A stretch of 62,934 nt of DNA, filler included, from a bacterium (lineage in GTDB: Bacteria > JALSQH01): the NCBI GenBank assembly GCA_027004335.1. It is 12 parts of 12 records of this genome, joined end to end, with 100 filler letters (N's around TTAATTAATTAA, not from the genome) between each part and the next. Parts side by side here need not be neighbours in the genome. Positions count along the whole stretch, not along the records: positions 38,954 to 44,512 come from JALTID010000006.1; positions 44,613 to 50,120 come from JALTID010000007.1; positions 50,221 to 55,724 come from JALTID010000008.1; 9 more parts are not named here. One strand, written 5' to 3'. The translations under genes and the position numbers were made by a program. The notes under the pieces are model-generated. The model worked only from the letters and a program-made list of their open reading frames with translations, had not been told where the DNA came from and searched no databases. Shown here piece after piece: positions 41,015 to 53,368 of the stretch. Position 1 is the first letter of the stretch. Every line of letters begins with the position of its first letter.

Positions 41015-42181
41015 ATGCGAAAAGATTTTCTTTTTACCTCTGAATCTGTAACTGAGGGCCATCCAGACAAGATTGCTGATATAATCTCTGATTCCATTCT
41101 TGATGCCGTGATAGAGCAGGATAAGAATGGCAGAGTTGCCTGTGAAACTCTGGTAAAAACAGGTTTTGTACTCATTGCAGGAGAAATAACCACCAAAGCC
41201 CGGATAAGTTATTCAGAAATAGCAAGAAATGCCATAAAGGAGATCGGTTATACATCCTCCGAAATGGGATTTGATTGGGAAACCAGTGGAGTGATTGTTG
41301 CTATAGATAGACAATCTCCTGATATTGCAATGGGCGTGGATGCCCGGGAGGGTAAAGAACAGGGAGCGGGGGATCAGGGGATGATGTTTGGTTTTGCAGT
41401 GGATGAGACAGAAGAGTTAATGCCAGCACCAATAAGTTATGCCCATAAACTTGCCAGAAAACTTTCTGAGGTGAGAAAAAAAGGTACTGTTGATTTTTTA
41501 AGACCTGATGGAAAAACACAAGTTACTTTTAAGTATGAAAATGGCAAACCTGTTGAGATAACCGGGATAGTTGTTTCAACCCAGCATTCTCCAGGTGTGA
41601 CTCAGGAACATGTTAAAGAAGCAGTGGTGGAAGAAGTGGTAAAAAAAGTCATCCCTTCAGAGCTTATGAAAAATACAAAGATTTTTGTAAATCCTACCGG
41701 TAGATTTGTAATTGGTGGTCCCAGAGGTGATACAGGTTTAACTGGGAGAAAGATAATTGTAGACACTTATGGAGGGATGGGTCGTCATGGAGGTGGAGCT
41801 TTCTCTGGAAAGGATCCCAGCAAGGTAGATAGAAGTGCCAGTTACATGGTTAGATATATTGCCAAGAATATTGTTGCTGCCGGACTGGCATCAAAATGTG
41901 AAGTACTTATTGCCTATGCCATAGGGGTAGCAGAACCCATCTCTCTTACAGTTGATACTTTTGGCACAGGGGTTATACCAGATGAGAAGATAGAAAAGAT
42001 TGTCAGGGAAACATTTAAATTAAAGCCTGCAGAAATCATTGAGGAACTAAAGCTTCTCAGGCCCATTTACAGAAATACCGCTGCGTATGGTCATTTTGGT
42101 AGAAGTGAACCTCCGGATGTTTTTACCTGGGAGCAGACAGATAAAGTTGAAGAATTAAAAGATAGAGCAGGAATTAGATAG
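41015..42181 (+). CDS. metK: S-adenosylmethionine synthase
   Basis: [35 protein letters not shown]. Confidence 0.99.
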   Translation: MRKDFLFTSESVTEGHPDKIADIISDSILDAVIEQDKNGRVACETLVKTGFVLIAGEITTKARISYSEIARNAIKEIGYTSSEMGFDWETSGVIVAIDRQSPDIAMGVDAREGKEQGAGDQGMMFGFAVDETEELMPAPISYAHKLARKLSEVRKKGTVDFLRPDGKTQVTFKYENGKPVEITGIVVSTQHSPGVTQEHVKEAVVEEVVKKVIPSELMKNTKIFVNPTGRFVIGGPRGDTGLTGRKIIVDTYGGMGRHGGGAFSGKDPSKVDRSASYMVRYIAKNIVAAGLASKCEVLIAYAIGVAEPISLTVDTFGTGVIPDEKIEKIVRETFKLKPAEIIEELKLLRPIYRNTAAYGHFGRSEPPDVFTWEQTDKVEELKDRAGIR

Positions 42182-43516
<1,335 letters not shown>

Positions 43517-43525
43517 GGTGAAAAA

Positions 43526-43903
43526 ATGCATGAGAGGAGAAGAGGCAAAAGAGTTCCTGTAAGGGTTTGGGCAGTTAATAATACCCAGAATGAATTCAGT
43601 GTCTGGTTTCCCGGTGAAAATCAGCCAGAGGATTTTAAATTTGCTTATTCTACGAGGAACCTGAGTATTACAGGAGTCTTTCTTGAAAGCACCTATCCCG
43701 TCTCTGTGGGATCGATGCTGGATCTTGAATTAGGATTACCCACAGATGAAAAGGTGCGGATAAAGGGCCGAATTGTTAGAGTTGTAGATCCTGAAGACCT
43801 TGAAGAGGATGAGATCCCTGGAATGGGGATAGAATTTCTTCCTGAAAATGAGTATCAGAGAGAAGTTATAAAAAAATTCGTTGAACTTTACAGTAAAAAG
43901 TAG
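43526..43903 (+). CDS. PilZ domain protein
   Basis: ERRRGKR and NLSITG c-di-GMP motifs, GMGIEF. Confidence 0.88.
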   Translation: MHERRRGKRVPVRVWAVNNTQNEFSVWFPGENQPEDFKFAYSTRNLSITGVFLESTYPVSVGSMLDLELGLPTDEKVRIKGRIVRVVDPEDLEEDEIPGMGIEFLPENEYQREVIKKFVELYSKK

Positions 43904-44055
43904 AAAATGGGACCATTTTTGCAGAACAGCGTTTTATTTTTAAGATTTTTTATGCGTTATTTTCAAAATATAGGTAATTTTTACCATAACCACACAATAT
44001 CTTGGCGTTTCCTTCTGATGTAACCCTCTTAAATTTTTTTAAAAAAGATTATCTC

Positions 44056-44130
44056 TTGACATTTGTTTTTCTCATTGCTAATATAGTGGAGTAAAATGGT
44101 GTAAAGTGGAGTAGAGTGGTGGAAAGTGAA
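44056..44130 (+). promoter_or_regulatory. dcw promoter and MraZ-binding repeats
   Basis: TTGACA-N17-TAATAT, then GTGGA, ATGGT, GTGGA, GTGGT, GTGAA at exact 10-bp spacing (44086-44130). Confidence 0.85.
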
Positions 44131-44512
44131 GTAGAAATTGGAGAAAAAATCTTAACTTCTTCTTTTGAGAAGAGTTTCCTGGGAACTTTTCCAAGCAAGG
44201 TAGATAGTAAAGGAAGAATGAATATCCCCGCATCTTTTAGAGATATAATTGCAGCATACTACAGGGATGAGCTTGCTATAACTACTTCTTTTGAGGACCC
44301 TGATGGGAGATTCCTTATTGCATTTCCACTTCCAGTGCTTGCCGAAAGACTTGAAAGGTTGAGAAAACTTATGGCTAAAGATGAGCCTATAAGGTCTCTT
44401 TTTGAACAATATGCAGGAGCTGTCAGAGTTCTTGTTGATTCTCAGGGAAGGATTGTGATACCGAGAAGTCTAAGGGAAGGTAAGCTTTCAAATCATTTAA
44501 TGGTGGTTGGTA
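44116..44512 (+). CDS. mraZ: Division/cell wall cluster repressor MraZ (3' truncated)
   Basis: FLG...VDSKGRMNIPASFR and VDSQGRIVIP twin motifs; operator repeats upstream. Confidence 0.9.
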
Positions 44513-44691
44513 NNNNNNNNNNNNNNNNNNNNNNNNNNNNNNNNNNNNNNNNNNNNTTAATTAATTAANNNNNNNNNNNNNNNNNNNNNNNNNNNNNNNN
44601 NNNNNNNNNNNNGATAATTTCAATTTTTAAAGGTGGATTGCAAAATTTTTAAATAAAAAAATTTGAAGATTAAAAATTATTTAATCAACCT

Positions 44692-46515
44692 TTATCGAAT
44701 TTCCTCCATCAATTCAACCTTCTGTGAGGATGCAATTATGATGATCTTTTTCAACTCAGGTATCTGCTCCAGATCTGCCCAGGAGGGGTGGGTGAATTTA
44801 CGAGAGGAGGCATATTTTTGCAATTGGGTAATGGCCTGTTGGCGGAGGTGGATTATATCGGGGGGTGTATGATTATTGGGTAGATGATTATCTACCCCTA
44901 CAGGGGTGGGTGCACCGCCGTGCGCCCTTACATTCCTTATATATTTCACCTCTATCAAATATTCATATTTTGTCAATCTGGTTACAGGCCAATTTTTTCG
45001 GAGATATATATCTGCATAACCACCCGATGCCTCATATTCACCTTCTACAATATACAATGGAGATAATGCCAGATAGGTTTTTAAAAACATCACCACCCCC
45101 TCTTCCCTCCAGATAAAATCCCTGATATTTGCCACCGCTTTGTAGAATTCTTCAAAGAGGAATTCAAAGAGGGGTTTCCACTCACCTTTGTATGCCATGC
45201 CTCTAAAAAGAGCTTTTAGATGGTCAATATCTATTCTCAAATCATACGCCTCTTCAACAGCCCTTCTCATATATTCCCAGAGGAGTGTTCTTACACTGTT
45301 GTTGGGAATTATAAACTTGTATTCTCCTGCCTCATAAGCTTCTCCAATGGTGAGTAAACCAAGATAGTAAAGCAGAGACCTGAATTTCTCTTTGTCAATT
45401 ATCTCCTCAATGGCAAAGGAATCAATCAATGTTCCCGTGGTCTCTTCAACCCTCAAAACTTCCTGGAGAATGTTGAAGTTTCCATTCAATCTGTTGTTCT
45501 CAATTACAAGAAAGCGCAACTTGCCATAATCAGTTCTGATATTGGGATCTATGGGATCATGAGGTAATTTATGATCTTGAAGATATTTATTCACTATATA
45601 TAGCACAATGTCTGTGTTGTATAATCTCTCTTCAATCTTCTCAGAAAACACATAGCTATTGGCATGTTCCCTGATTGCTTCTTTTACCAGATTCCTGTCT
45701 TCTTTTTTTATTTCTCCTTCACCGATGCAATAGTCCAACAATTCATCAACCTCTTCTTCCGTTAATCCCACCATTTTGTTAAACATTTCCATGGTTGAAA
45801 TATTATCCCCGATATTCATCCCGCTGGTAACATCACTTAAAACCAATGGACTTACCCCTGTCACAAAAAGCCTCTCGATGCTTCTATTTTCTGTACCATT
45901 TTTAATCACGGCGAAAAAGCTGCGCAAGAATCCCCCTGCATGGGTAATCTGTTTGTATTTTCCTCTGCCATGTTCAATTAAGATGTTATTGGCAAAATTG
46001 TCGTATTCGTCTATGAGAAGATAGTAGGAAATTCCCAGATCTGCAAGGCTCTTAATCAAACCATTTAGCAGATCTCCTGCTTTATCCATGGAGAGAACAT
46101 TTTCTCTTACTTCCTGCAGATGTGGGAAATATGTTGTGTATCTGTTAAAAAAACTCTTTATATCAAGACTTACAGAAAAGTTAAAAGACCTCTCTATCTC
46201 CTCCAGAGTTCCATATACGGGAATTCCTGAAAAATTGAATTTCAGTATGGGAAAAGAATTCTTTAACTCAGTTGGATTCTTCCCGATATATGTATCCACA
46301 AACAATTCCTCAAACTGATCTTTCCTGCGAATATCGTAGTAATGTTCCAGAATAGATATAAACAGCGATTTCCCGAATCTCCCGGGACGGAGGAAGAAGA
46401 GATACTTACTCCCCAACGACTCAATTTTTTCAATAAATTGAGTCTTATCTATAAAATAATAGTTCTGGGTTTTAATCACTTCATAATTAGCAATGCCATA
46501 GGGGATCCTCTTCAT
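44692..46515 (-). CDS. AAA-ATPase_like protein with C-terminal PD-(D/E)XK nuclease (DUF1703/PDDEXK_9 type)
   Basis: IPYGIANY, YFIDKT, RPGRFGKSL, LIDEYDNFAN, FVTGVSP, GYADI...IEVKY. Confidence 0.9.
   Translation of the reverse strand: MKRIPYGIANYEVIKTQNYYFIDKTQFIEKIESLGSKYLFFLRPGRFGKSLFISILEHYYDIRRKDQFEELFVDTYIGKNPTELKNSFPILKFNFSGIPVYGTLEEIERSFNFSVSLDIKSFFNRYTTYFPHLQEVRENVLSMDKAGDLLNGLIKSLADLGISYYLLIDEYDNFANNILIEHGRGKYKQITHAGGFLRSFFAVIKNGTENRSIERLFVTGVSPLVLSDVTSGMNIGDNISTMEMFNKMVGLTEEEVDELLDYCIGEGEIKKEDRNLVKEAIREHANSYVFSEKIEERLYNTDIVLYIVNKYLQDHKLPHDPIDPNIRTDYGKLRFLVIENNRLNGNFNILQEVLRVEETTGTLIDSFAIEEIIDKEKFRSLLYYLGLLTIGEAYEAGEYKFIIPNNSVRTLLWEYMRRAVEEAYDLRIDIDHLKALFRGMAYKGEWKPLFEFLFEEFYKAVANIRDFIWREEGVVMFLKTYLALSPLYIVEGEYEASGGYADIYLRKNWPVTRLTKYEYLIEVKYIRNVRAHGGAPTPVGVDNHLPNNHTPPDIIHLRQQAITQLQKYASSRKFTHPSWADLEQIPELKKIIIIASSQKVELMEEIR
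44878..44931 (-). repeat. Tandem pair of GTAG-type REP-like palindromes inside the nuclease CDS
   Basis: Minus strand GTAA-GGGCGCAC-GGCG-GTGCACCC and GTAG-GGGTAGAT-AATC-ATCTACCC; 54 bp, in frame. Confidence 0.75.
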
Positions 46516-46606
46516 GATTATTATTATAGCAGAAAGTGAAGAGAAGTGTATAGGGTGATGGATAGGCTACTTGCGATTCGCCCCGTTAATAAATCTAACA
46601 ACACCA

Positions 46607-47014
46607 CTATCTCTCCAGCACCATGTACCACTTTACCATCTCTTCTTCTGTCCTTCCCCTTGCCCAGCTATAGGTCATTGCCAGGACAGATGAAATACTG
46701 TATGGTGAGAAGAACAGGTTCCCATTTTCTGATGCAAGCCGGTGGTATAAATCAATAGCAAAGGCGTTGTTATCCTGGACTATTTTGTCTTGATTAGAAC
46801 CACTGTATTTTTCAGTAACCTGTTGGTTTGCATCATTTACTTTCTTATTTGCAGAATGACTTGCTCCACTATTATGCGTGGAATGGCTGCGCTGAGCGTA
46901 AAGATAAAGCCCTACGCCAACCAGAATAAGAATTACTAAAACTGCTATTACTCCAACTAAAAATGGTCTTTGGTAGGTTTGATGATTGTTGTTATTAGTC
47001 CATAGGTAATGCAT
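46607..47014 (-). pseudogene. Truncated membrane-anchored serpin
   Basis: TM helix, then NNAFAIDLY...NLFFSPYSISSVLAMTY.WARGRTEEEM (serpin N-terminus), ending after ~58 serpin residues. Confidence 0.8.
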
Positions 47015-47474
47015 TCCAGGTAAACCATACGAATATAGTAATGGCTATGGCCAACATAATTTTTGTCGGTTCGGTTGATGTGCAATTACTCTTCACTTTT
47101 CTTCGGTATATCAATGATCTCAAAGGAAACTTCAGATTGAGCTCGTCTATAGATGGTTTTAACAATTTCGGAAAAGGATAACTTTTCCCATCAAAAGTTA
47201 TTTCCTTCTTAAAATAGGATTTGTTTAAAGTTCCAATTTCCCTTCCTTCCCAGAGTATCTTATAACTTTGATGACCAAAAAATGTTTTTTTGCCTGAGAG
47301 CTTCAACTGCTGACTTTCAAGAACAAGTTTGCCCTCCGCATACATCTGAAAGTTCCACTCGCCCGCTTCGTAAGAACATTCGTATTCCTTTGTTCCTTTT
47401 TCATCGATAGTTCTGACAAAAAATTTATTTTGTGTCAGTGGTCCCCAAAATGTTGTTGAAACTTGAATCTCCAT
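46995..47474 (-). CDS. Hypothetical protein
   Basis: 159-aa ORF directly after the large GH-like gene; no family recognised. Confidence 0.55.
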   Translation of the reverse strand: MEIQVSTTFWGPLTQNKFFVRTIDEKGTKEYECSYEAGEWNFQMYAEGKLVLESQQLKLSGKKTFFGHQSYKILWEGREIGTLNKSYFKKEITFDGKSYPFPKLLKPSIDELNLKFPLRSLIYRRKVKSNCTSTEPTKIMLAIAITIFVWFTWNALPMD

Positions 47475-47475
47475 T

Positions 47476-50120
47476 TTACTCCCCGAACTTTCTGTACCAT
47501 TTCTCCATCACTTCTTCTGCAGGCTTATAAGTTACAGAATAATCTTTGTTCAGGGGGGCATAGGAGTAAAAATAACCAAAATCAAGAATGCCGCCAACAT
47601 AACTCCTCTCAGCTGCAGCCTGAAAAGCAGCTTCAAAGAGAGCAGCCTGTTCAGCAGGATCATACTTTTTTGATGGATCATCGGGACCAATAAAACCAAC
47701 TTCTGCACCTGTGGCAGCACCATCAACAGAGGCATAGGAAAGATGAACAATCACAGGCTTGTGGTATTTGTTATACATAGCATCAACATAAGTGGAAAAT
47801 TCACTCTCCATGGCACTTTTAATCTCATCAAATGTGGCATCAGGAGAATCAACCAAATGAGTTCCCATATCAAAGGAGGTTACCACAACACAATCGGCAT
47901 AACCAGGAAAATCGTAGATATCATAGTGAACACCATTTATAATGATTTTTCCATGGTAGACACTTTTTACTTCCTGGATCAGATCTATCATTTTTGCATC
48001 AAAGGTGCCTATATATGATTGATCAGTGAAGCCATCAGCAGATGGGAAAACATGGTAAAATGGACCGGGGAGGAGTAGATATTCGGCACCTGTTTTTTCA
48101 GCGAGATAGGCGTTATACATATAGAGTTTCTCTGCAGCTATCAACCATCTCTTCCACCACTCTGGTGTATGAGCCTGCCATAAGAATGCCTGATCAGGAT
48201 GGTTTTCCATATTCATCTGGGGGTAGATCAGCGCTTTTAAACCAAGGGAATGCGCGATCTCAACAGCCTTTTCCAGATCCTCTTTGGGAGTAATGGGATT
48301 ATCAATTTTAAGCGGTCTTGTCTCTATCTCCGGTGTCAGTATCTCACCATAAGCCCACACAGAGGTAACTACCACTGTATCACCACCATGATTTTTTATT
48401 CTACTGTATGCGGTTTCAAGCTGATTTAAGAATGATGGATTCCAGTAATCAACTGGATAAAAACCCCTGAGGAAGTTTCTGTTATAATTTACATCCTGCT
48501 CCCAGTAAGGTACAGCAAAATTGAATGTTTCGTAATCATATTCAGGGGTAACAGTAAAAATTTTACTGTAACAGTGAGTTGTATCTGTTACGCATATTCT
48601 GTAACTCTTTGAATTTTCAATAACAAAATATTTTGAGGTTACAAGATATGGATCCTGAAACTCCCTCACCAGCGGGATTGTAACTCCTGTGGGAGAACCA
48701 TTATTTATCTTTTCAAGGAAAACTGATGCAGTTACCGATGTCCATGAGGGAATGGCAAAGGTTATATCCACCGGATAAGAATTATCAAGATTTGCAGTGG
48801 GATCTGCAGGTGGTGCATATCTCCAGCGTTGAATTACAAGCTCAACATTTTTGTCTGAATCAACAGTAACAGAGTGGATGGTCGATATATTTTCATTCTC
48901 CTGCCACTCACAGAACTCATTTATTGCATGATAAACGAAGAAGTTAAAGGTAGAATTGGGAAAAGTGTAGAACCTTATTCCCCAGCTTCCATCACCAAGG
49001 GGAGATAGAGGTACTGAGGGACCATTCATATTAAAATAGAGCCTCTCTCCTGAAGGTGTATTAAGGGGAGGGATAACCTTAACTTCAAATAAAAATTTCC
49101 CATTATTATCAAAATGTAACCTGTCATTTACCACCACGCTATCTGTTGCAGGAACTATAAATTCTCTGTAGTAGTTGTGGTAATCTGTGGTTTCAGAGCC
49201 GTAGAATTGTCCCTCTTTTGTATATAGATACCTCACATATGTTCCCTGGTAGAGATCCACATCAGCTTCGTAACCTGAAGAAGTTTTTCTCATAATAATA
49301 AATCTTGATGAATCCCATGGGGTGAATCCATTGTTGGGAGAAGGTCCATACATGGCACCAAGCTGAAAAATGTTACCCACAAGATAGAGATTGTATGGAG
49401 AAGATGAATCACCTGTTGCTTTAAAAGTAACATGAACTTTTTTAGCCTTTCTAAGTAAAACCTTTACAAAGTTTTCTCCTGCTGAAAGATCCACAGTTAT
49501 ACCTGAGTAAAAATAATCACCTAAGGTTGTAAAAACTGTTACTCTCTCCAGTGCCTGAGGTAAGCCTTTAAGATAAAATCTGCCTTTAAAGTCAGTTGCA
49601 AGAAAAACTCCCCCTACAGCCACCGTGGCATCGGTTATGGGCTGCATACTATCAGCATCGAGCACCACTCCGCTTAGTTCTCCGGAATAGGTAATTTTTG
49701 TTTTATCAGCCCAGTTGGTAACAGTATCATTAACTCCGTTATCTTCAACATTTTTATTAACATACAACACCCTGTAATGGATCTTTATCTTATCGTTAAA
49801 AACCTCTCTTTTATCCATAAAATCTGACCATGGGTCTGAATCAAGATTGAACCTATCATAGGCGTATCTTATAAACCCACCCTTAGGTAGTGAAACAGTG
49901 GCAGAATATAGGTTATCGGAGAGCCTGTTCATCTTGAATCTATTGATAAATTCCCACTCAAAGAATGGTAGTAACTCAATATACACATCTTCCCCGGAGG
50001 TTGTAGAGGGAGTATGCACAATAAAAGTTACTTTTTTATAATTCATCATCCGCCATCCATTTCCCCCTGTGGAACCAGTATTATTGTCTGAATATCCGCC
50101 CGTATTATCAGTATTCTCAC
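47476..50120 (-). CDS. Multi-domain protein: CBM20-like and carboxypeptidase-regulatory-like beta domains plus a GH113-like TIM barrel (5' truncated)
   Basis: Frame is open to the contig edge through a Gly/Asn/Thr linker; VTFIVHTP, GVVLDADSMQPITDATV, AHSLGLKALIYPQ, KPVI, EQAALFEA, KPAE. Confidence 0.7.
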
Positions 50121-50286
50121 NNNNNNNNNNNNNNNNNNNNNNNNNNNNNNNNNNNNNNNNNNNNTTAATTAATTAANNNNNNNNNNNNNNNNNNNNNNNN
50201 NNNNNNNNNNNNNNNNNNNNGGCTATAAATCACTGGAGTATTTTCTCTCGCCATATTTTTGGGTTCAAGGGGAGAGTAAGAACTTG

Positions 50287-50958
50287 TTATTTCATCTTCC
50301 TATTGGAGCCAAAATCATATCCTATTGAGATCCCTATCTCTGGAAGTGACAGGATGTCGTCAGCGGATGTAAGAGTAAAAGAATAATTAACAGCAAACAA
50401 AAATCTGAAACCTTTAGATGGTGCAAATCCCAGTCCTGTTCCGATGGTCAGAATGGGTAAACGAACAGAAGGCAAATATTTTTCTATCACAGTAAGTGCT
50501 TTTGGCTGCGGTGAAAAATAGAAAAAACCGGGTTTAAGGTTTATCCAGCTAAGTATTTTATTTGCTCTCAATGTGAAGGACGCCGGGATGGTAGTCCAGG
50601 CTGCAAGAATTTTATCCTCTTCGTAGTCCCAAATTATTTCACCTTCTATTCCAGCAGAGACAAGTAAGATCTTTGTTTTTAAAAATGTCAGCCTGGAATT
50701 CAAGAGCAAATAATATGGAGGGAAGGTTTCCAAACTGAATTCAGAATCTGTTACAGGTTTGTAGGAGAAGTATAGCACAGGAATATAGTATTTAGAAGTG
50801 ATTCCAACTGAATACTTTCCTGTATTTGTAGGAGCGAAATCCATTAGTCCTTCGTCTGCAAAAGATATTGTACAGCGAAACGAAAAGTACACTGTTATGA
50901 AAACAATTAATAAAAACAGCCTAGACGGTTTCTTGTTTTTTCTTTTGTTTATCATCAC
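50287..50958 (-). CDS. Hypothetical exported or outer-membrane beta-barrel-like protein
   Basis: Signal-like N-terminus, amphipathic strands, C-terminal IGISIGYDF. Confidence 0.55.
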   Translation of the reverse strand: MMINKRKNKKPSRLFLLIVFITVYFSFRCTISFADEGLMDFAPTNTGKYSVGITSKYYIPVLYFSYKPVTDSEFSLETFPPYYLLLNSRLTFLKTKILLVSAGIEGEIIWDYEEDKILAAWTTIPASFTLRANKILSWINLKPGFFYFSPQPKALTVIEKYLPSVRLPILTIGTGLGFAPSKGFRFLFAVNYSFTLTSADDILSLPEIGISIGYDFGSNRKMK

Positions 50959-51166
50959 ATCATATTATTGTTTATTTTTTAGGTACATACCCATATCTCC
51001 TCTAAAGGTGTATGAACAAAAGGGACATTTAAGCCAAAGTAACAAGATGGAAATTGAAAAATATTTTTTCTCATTATAAAAATTATAAACATGATTGTTT
51101 CTAAAGGCAAAGTAGTGTTGTAGAAAAATTGAATATATGGGGGAAAAGTGCTATATTTTCACCACC

Positions 51167-51528
51167 ATGCCGCTTATACTTGCCCTTGATCATGGTACAT
51201 CGGGGATAAAAAATACCCTGATGACTGAAAAGGGTGGTTTTTACACAATTTCCTCCTCCCTACCGCGTCTGATCTCTGGTGCCAGATTTTTGCAGATGTT
51301 TTTAATAGAAAAATTTTGAGGGTGAGAAACCCAAGGATGGCTAACGCAAGAGGGGCAGCATTCCTTGCCTTGGTTGGTCTTGGTTTTATGAAATTTGAGG
51401 AAGTCCCCGAGCTTGTGGGAATTGAAAGAGAGTTTGTTCCAGCTCGAGAGCACCGTTCAGTGTACAATGAAGTTTTTGAACTTTTCCTGAAAGCATGGAA
51501 GTTCCCCCCTTGCTTTTTTTTAAAATAA
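51167..51528 (+). pseudogene. FGGY-family carbohydrate kinase (xylulokinase-like) with large internal deletion
   Basis: N-terminal MPLILALDHGTSGIK joined out of frame at ~51268 to C-terminal SDLWCQIFADVFNRKI...ANARGAAFLALVGLG. Confidence 0.8.
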
Positions 51529-51544
51529 AATTATCATAAAGAGT

Positions 51545-53368
51545 ATGAGGAAGAGAGTCTTTCTTTTCCTGGTTTTTTTTTCGTTTATGCTGGTGGGGGG
51601 ATGTAGCAAAAATAACGGTAAAAAAGAAGACCCCTATAAAATTGTTGTCAAAACGGGTAAGAAACAGTTGTCCCAGGGGAATTTTAAAGATGCGGAGAAA
51701 ACCTTTTTAAATGCTCTTTCCATAAATGATAAAAAACCAGATGCCCATTACGGCTTGATGCTGAGTTATGTTGGTGAAGTTGTAAACGAGTTAGGAGCGA
51801 TAATAAAGTTAGCCACATCCCTTGCGCCTGAATTTTCTCCTCAGAATTTTCAACCTCAGGGGTTAGACCTGAAAAAAATTTTTGGGAAAGAGATTAATAT
51901 TTTGACTACACTATTTGGGAATATTAAAGAACAGGCGGATTTCCTTGAAAAGAATTTTGAATGGGTTAGTTTCAAAGTGGATCACTTCCCCCTTCATTTT
52001 AACACCAGTTTATTCCTGGGGGAAGAGGCTCAAAAAGAATTTGGAAACACCGATCAGCTTGATTTAGGTGGTGAATGGGGGCTTGTAGAGCTTTACTGGA
52101 TTGATGGGATGGCAGATTTTCTCTTGGGTGTTATGGACTTAATAGGTGCCCATGATCTTAATGTTCAGGAGATCCCTTCTGATCTTGATATTACTCAGGG
52201 ATTCGAGATCTCATTTATCAAGATACTCAGAGCTAATCCTAATCTTCTGGGTCCTGATCCTGATCCTGAACAGGCCAAAAGGCTTTTCAAAGTTGGTGAT
52301 GAGTGGGGTGAGGCTTTTATTCAATGGGCGGATGTTATAGATGAAGGCACGGTTGAGTTAAAACATGACCCTGATCAATCTGATAATGTAGTGCCCATAC
52401 TTGATATAAATAAAAATGGGAAATATGATACTGGGGATGGAATAGGTCTTTACAAGTTACTTCCCATAGGGATTAATCCTGATATAGCTAACTTATTCGG
52501 CAAGATTTACTTTTCTGAGTCCATGGGAAGTGAGGTTAAATCTTCACTTTTTGATGACTGGAAAAATTTTCTTATAAATGTTGGTCATTCTCTTGAGGGT
52601 AAACTGGACCGGAGATTGAGTATTGAGAAGGATCTTAACCCGGTTTTACGGGATCTTAATGAATTCCCCATGGCAAACATTGTTGAGCTTGATTTCCACG
52701 CTCTGTTTGATGAAGATCATCTTGAATATTTGCGAGATCTACTTCCCTATGTGTATTATGATGATAAGGTAAGACACGCCTATGTGTTTGTTGTAGAACA
52801 TAATGATCCATATATGACGAAAGATGAGATAGTTTCTTATGCCAGAATGCAAACAGAATTTGCAGATAAAGTGACATATGCAACCCCCGGGACCAATCCT
52901 ATCTGGCATGATGTCTTTTGTCTTGTAGATCAGTCCCATTTTGATGTGCAGTACAATGATAATTATAAGGATGTTCAAGGACTGGAAAAGATTCCCCCTG
53001 ATTGTCTCATTGATGTGGATCAGAAATATATCCATATAACCTATCCAGTGGATACCACTGTTCCAGATCATCCCAGCCTTACTTACATAGCGTTTAAAGA
53101 TCCCACTTTCTCTGGGCTTGGCTGTATAAACATGGATAACTGGCCAAAACCCGAAAATTACTTTACAGGGATACCTGATCCATGGATACCTCCTGATATT
53201 AAAGGCAAAGGATGTTTGCCTCCCACACAATATACATTGAATACACTTTTCCAGTACTTTACTCTTTATTTTGAAGGTCAGGAAGTTGAAATTTTCGGAT
53301 TTAATTTGAATACACTGTTTAACAACTACAAAAATGTGTTTAGTTTTACTCCTCAGGAGAAGAAATGA
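51545..53368 (+). CDS. Large uncharacterised lipoprotein, paralog C (complete)
   Basis: Lipobox VGGC, TPR-like GKKQLS...AHYG, DLGGEWGLVE, DQSDN, DINKNGKYDTGD, YIAFKDPTFSG. Confidence 0.85.
   Translation: MRKRVFLFLVFFSFMLVGGCSKNNGKKEDPYKIVVKTGKKQLSQGNFKDAEKTFLNALSINDKKPDAHYGLMLSYVGEVVNELGAIIKLATSLAPEFSPQNFQPQGLDLKKIFGKEINILTTLFGNIKEQADFLEKNFEWVSFKVDHFPLHFNTSLFLGEEAQKEFGNTDQLDLGGEWGLVELYWIDGMADFLLGVMDLIGAHDLNVQEIPSDLDITQGFEISFIKILRANPNLLGPDPDPEQAKRLFKVGDEWGEAFIQWADVIDEGTVELKHDPDQSDNVVPILDINKNGKYDTGDGIGLYKLLPIGINPDIANLFGKIYFSESMGSEVKSSLFDDWKNFLINVGHSLEGKLDRRLSIEKDLNPVLRDLNEFPMANIVELDFHALFDEDHLEYLRDLLPYVYYDDKVRHAYVFVVEHNDPYMTKDEIVSYARMQTEFADKVTYATPGTNPIWHDVFCLVDQSHFDVQYNDNYKDVQGLEKIPPDCLIDVDQKYIHITYPVDTTVPDHPSLTYIAFKDPTFSGLGCINMDNWPKPENYFTGIPDPWIPPDIKGKGCLPPTQYTLNTLFQYFTLYFEGQEVEIFGFNLNTLFNNYKNVFSFTPQEKK

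Noticed and set aside
46565-46584. Possible degenerate REP (GGCTACTTGCGATTCGCCCC)
   Set aside because: The stem pairs at only 5 of 7 positions and lacks the GTAG tetranucleotide.
53300-53365. TPP riboswitch upstream of thiD
   Set aside because: thiD overlaps the upstream gene, leaving no leader, and no TPP motif was seen.
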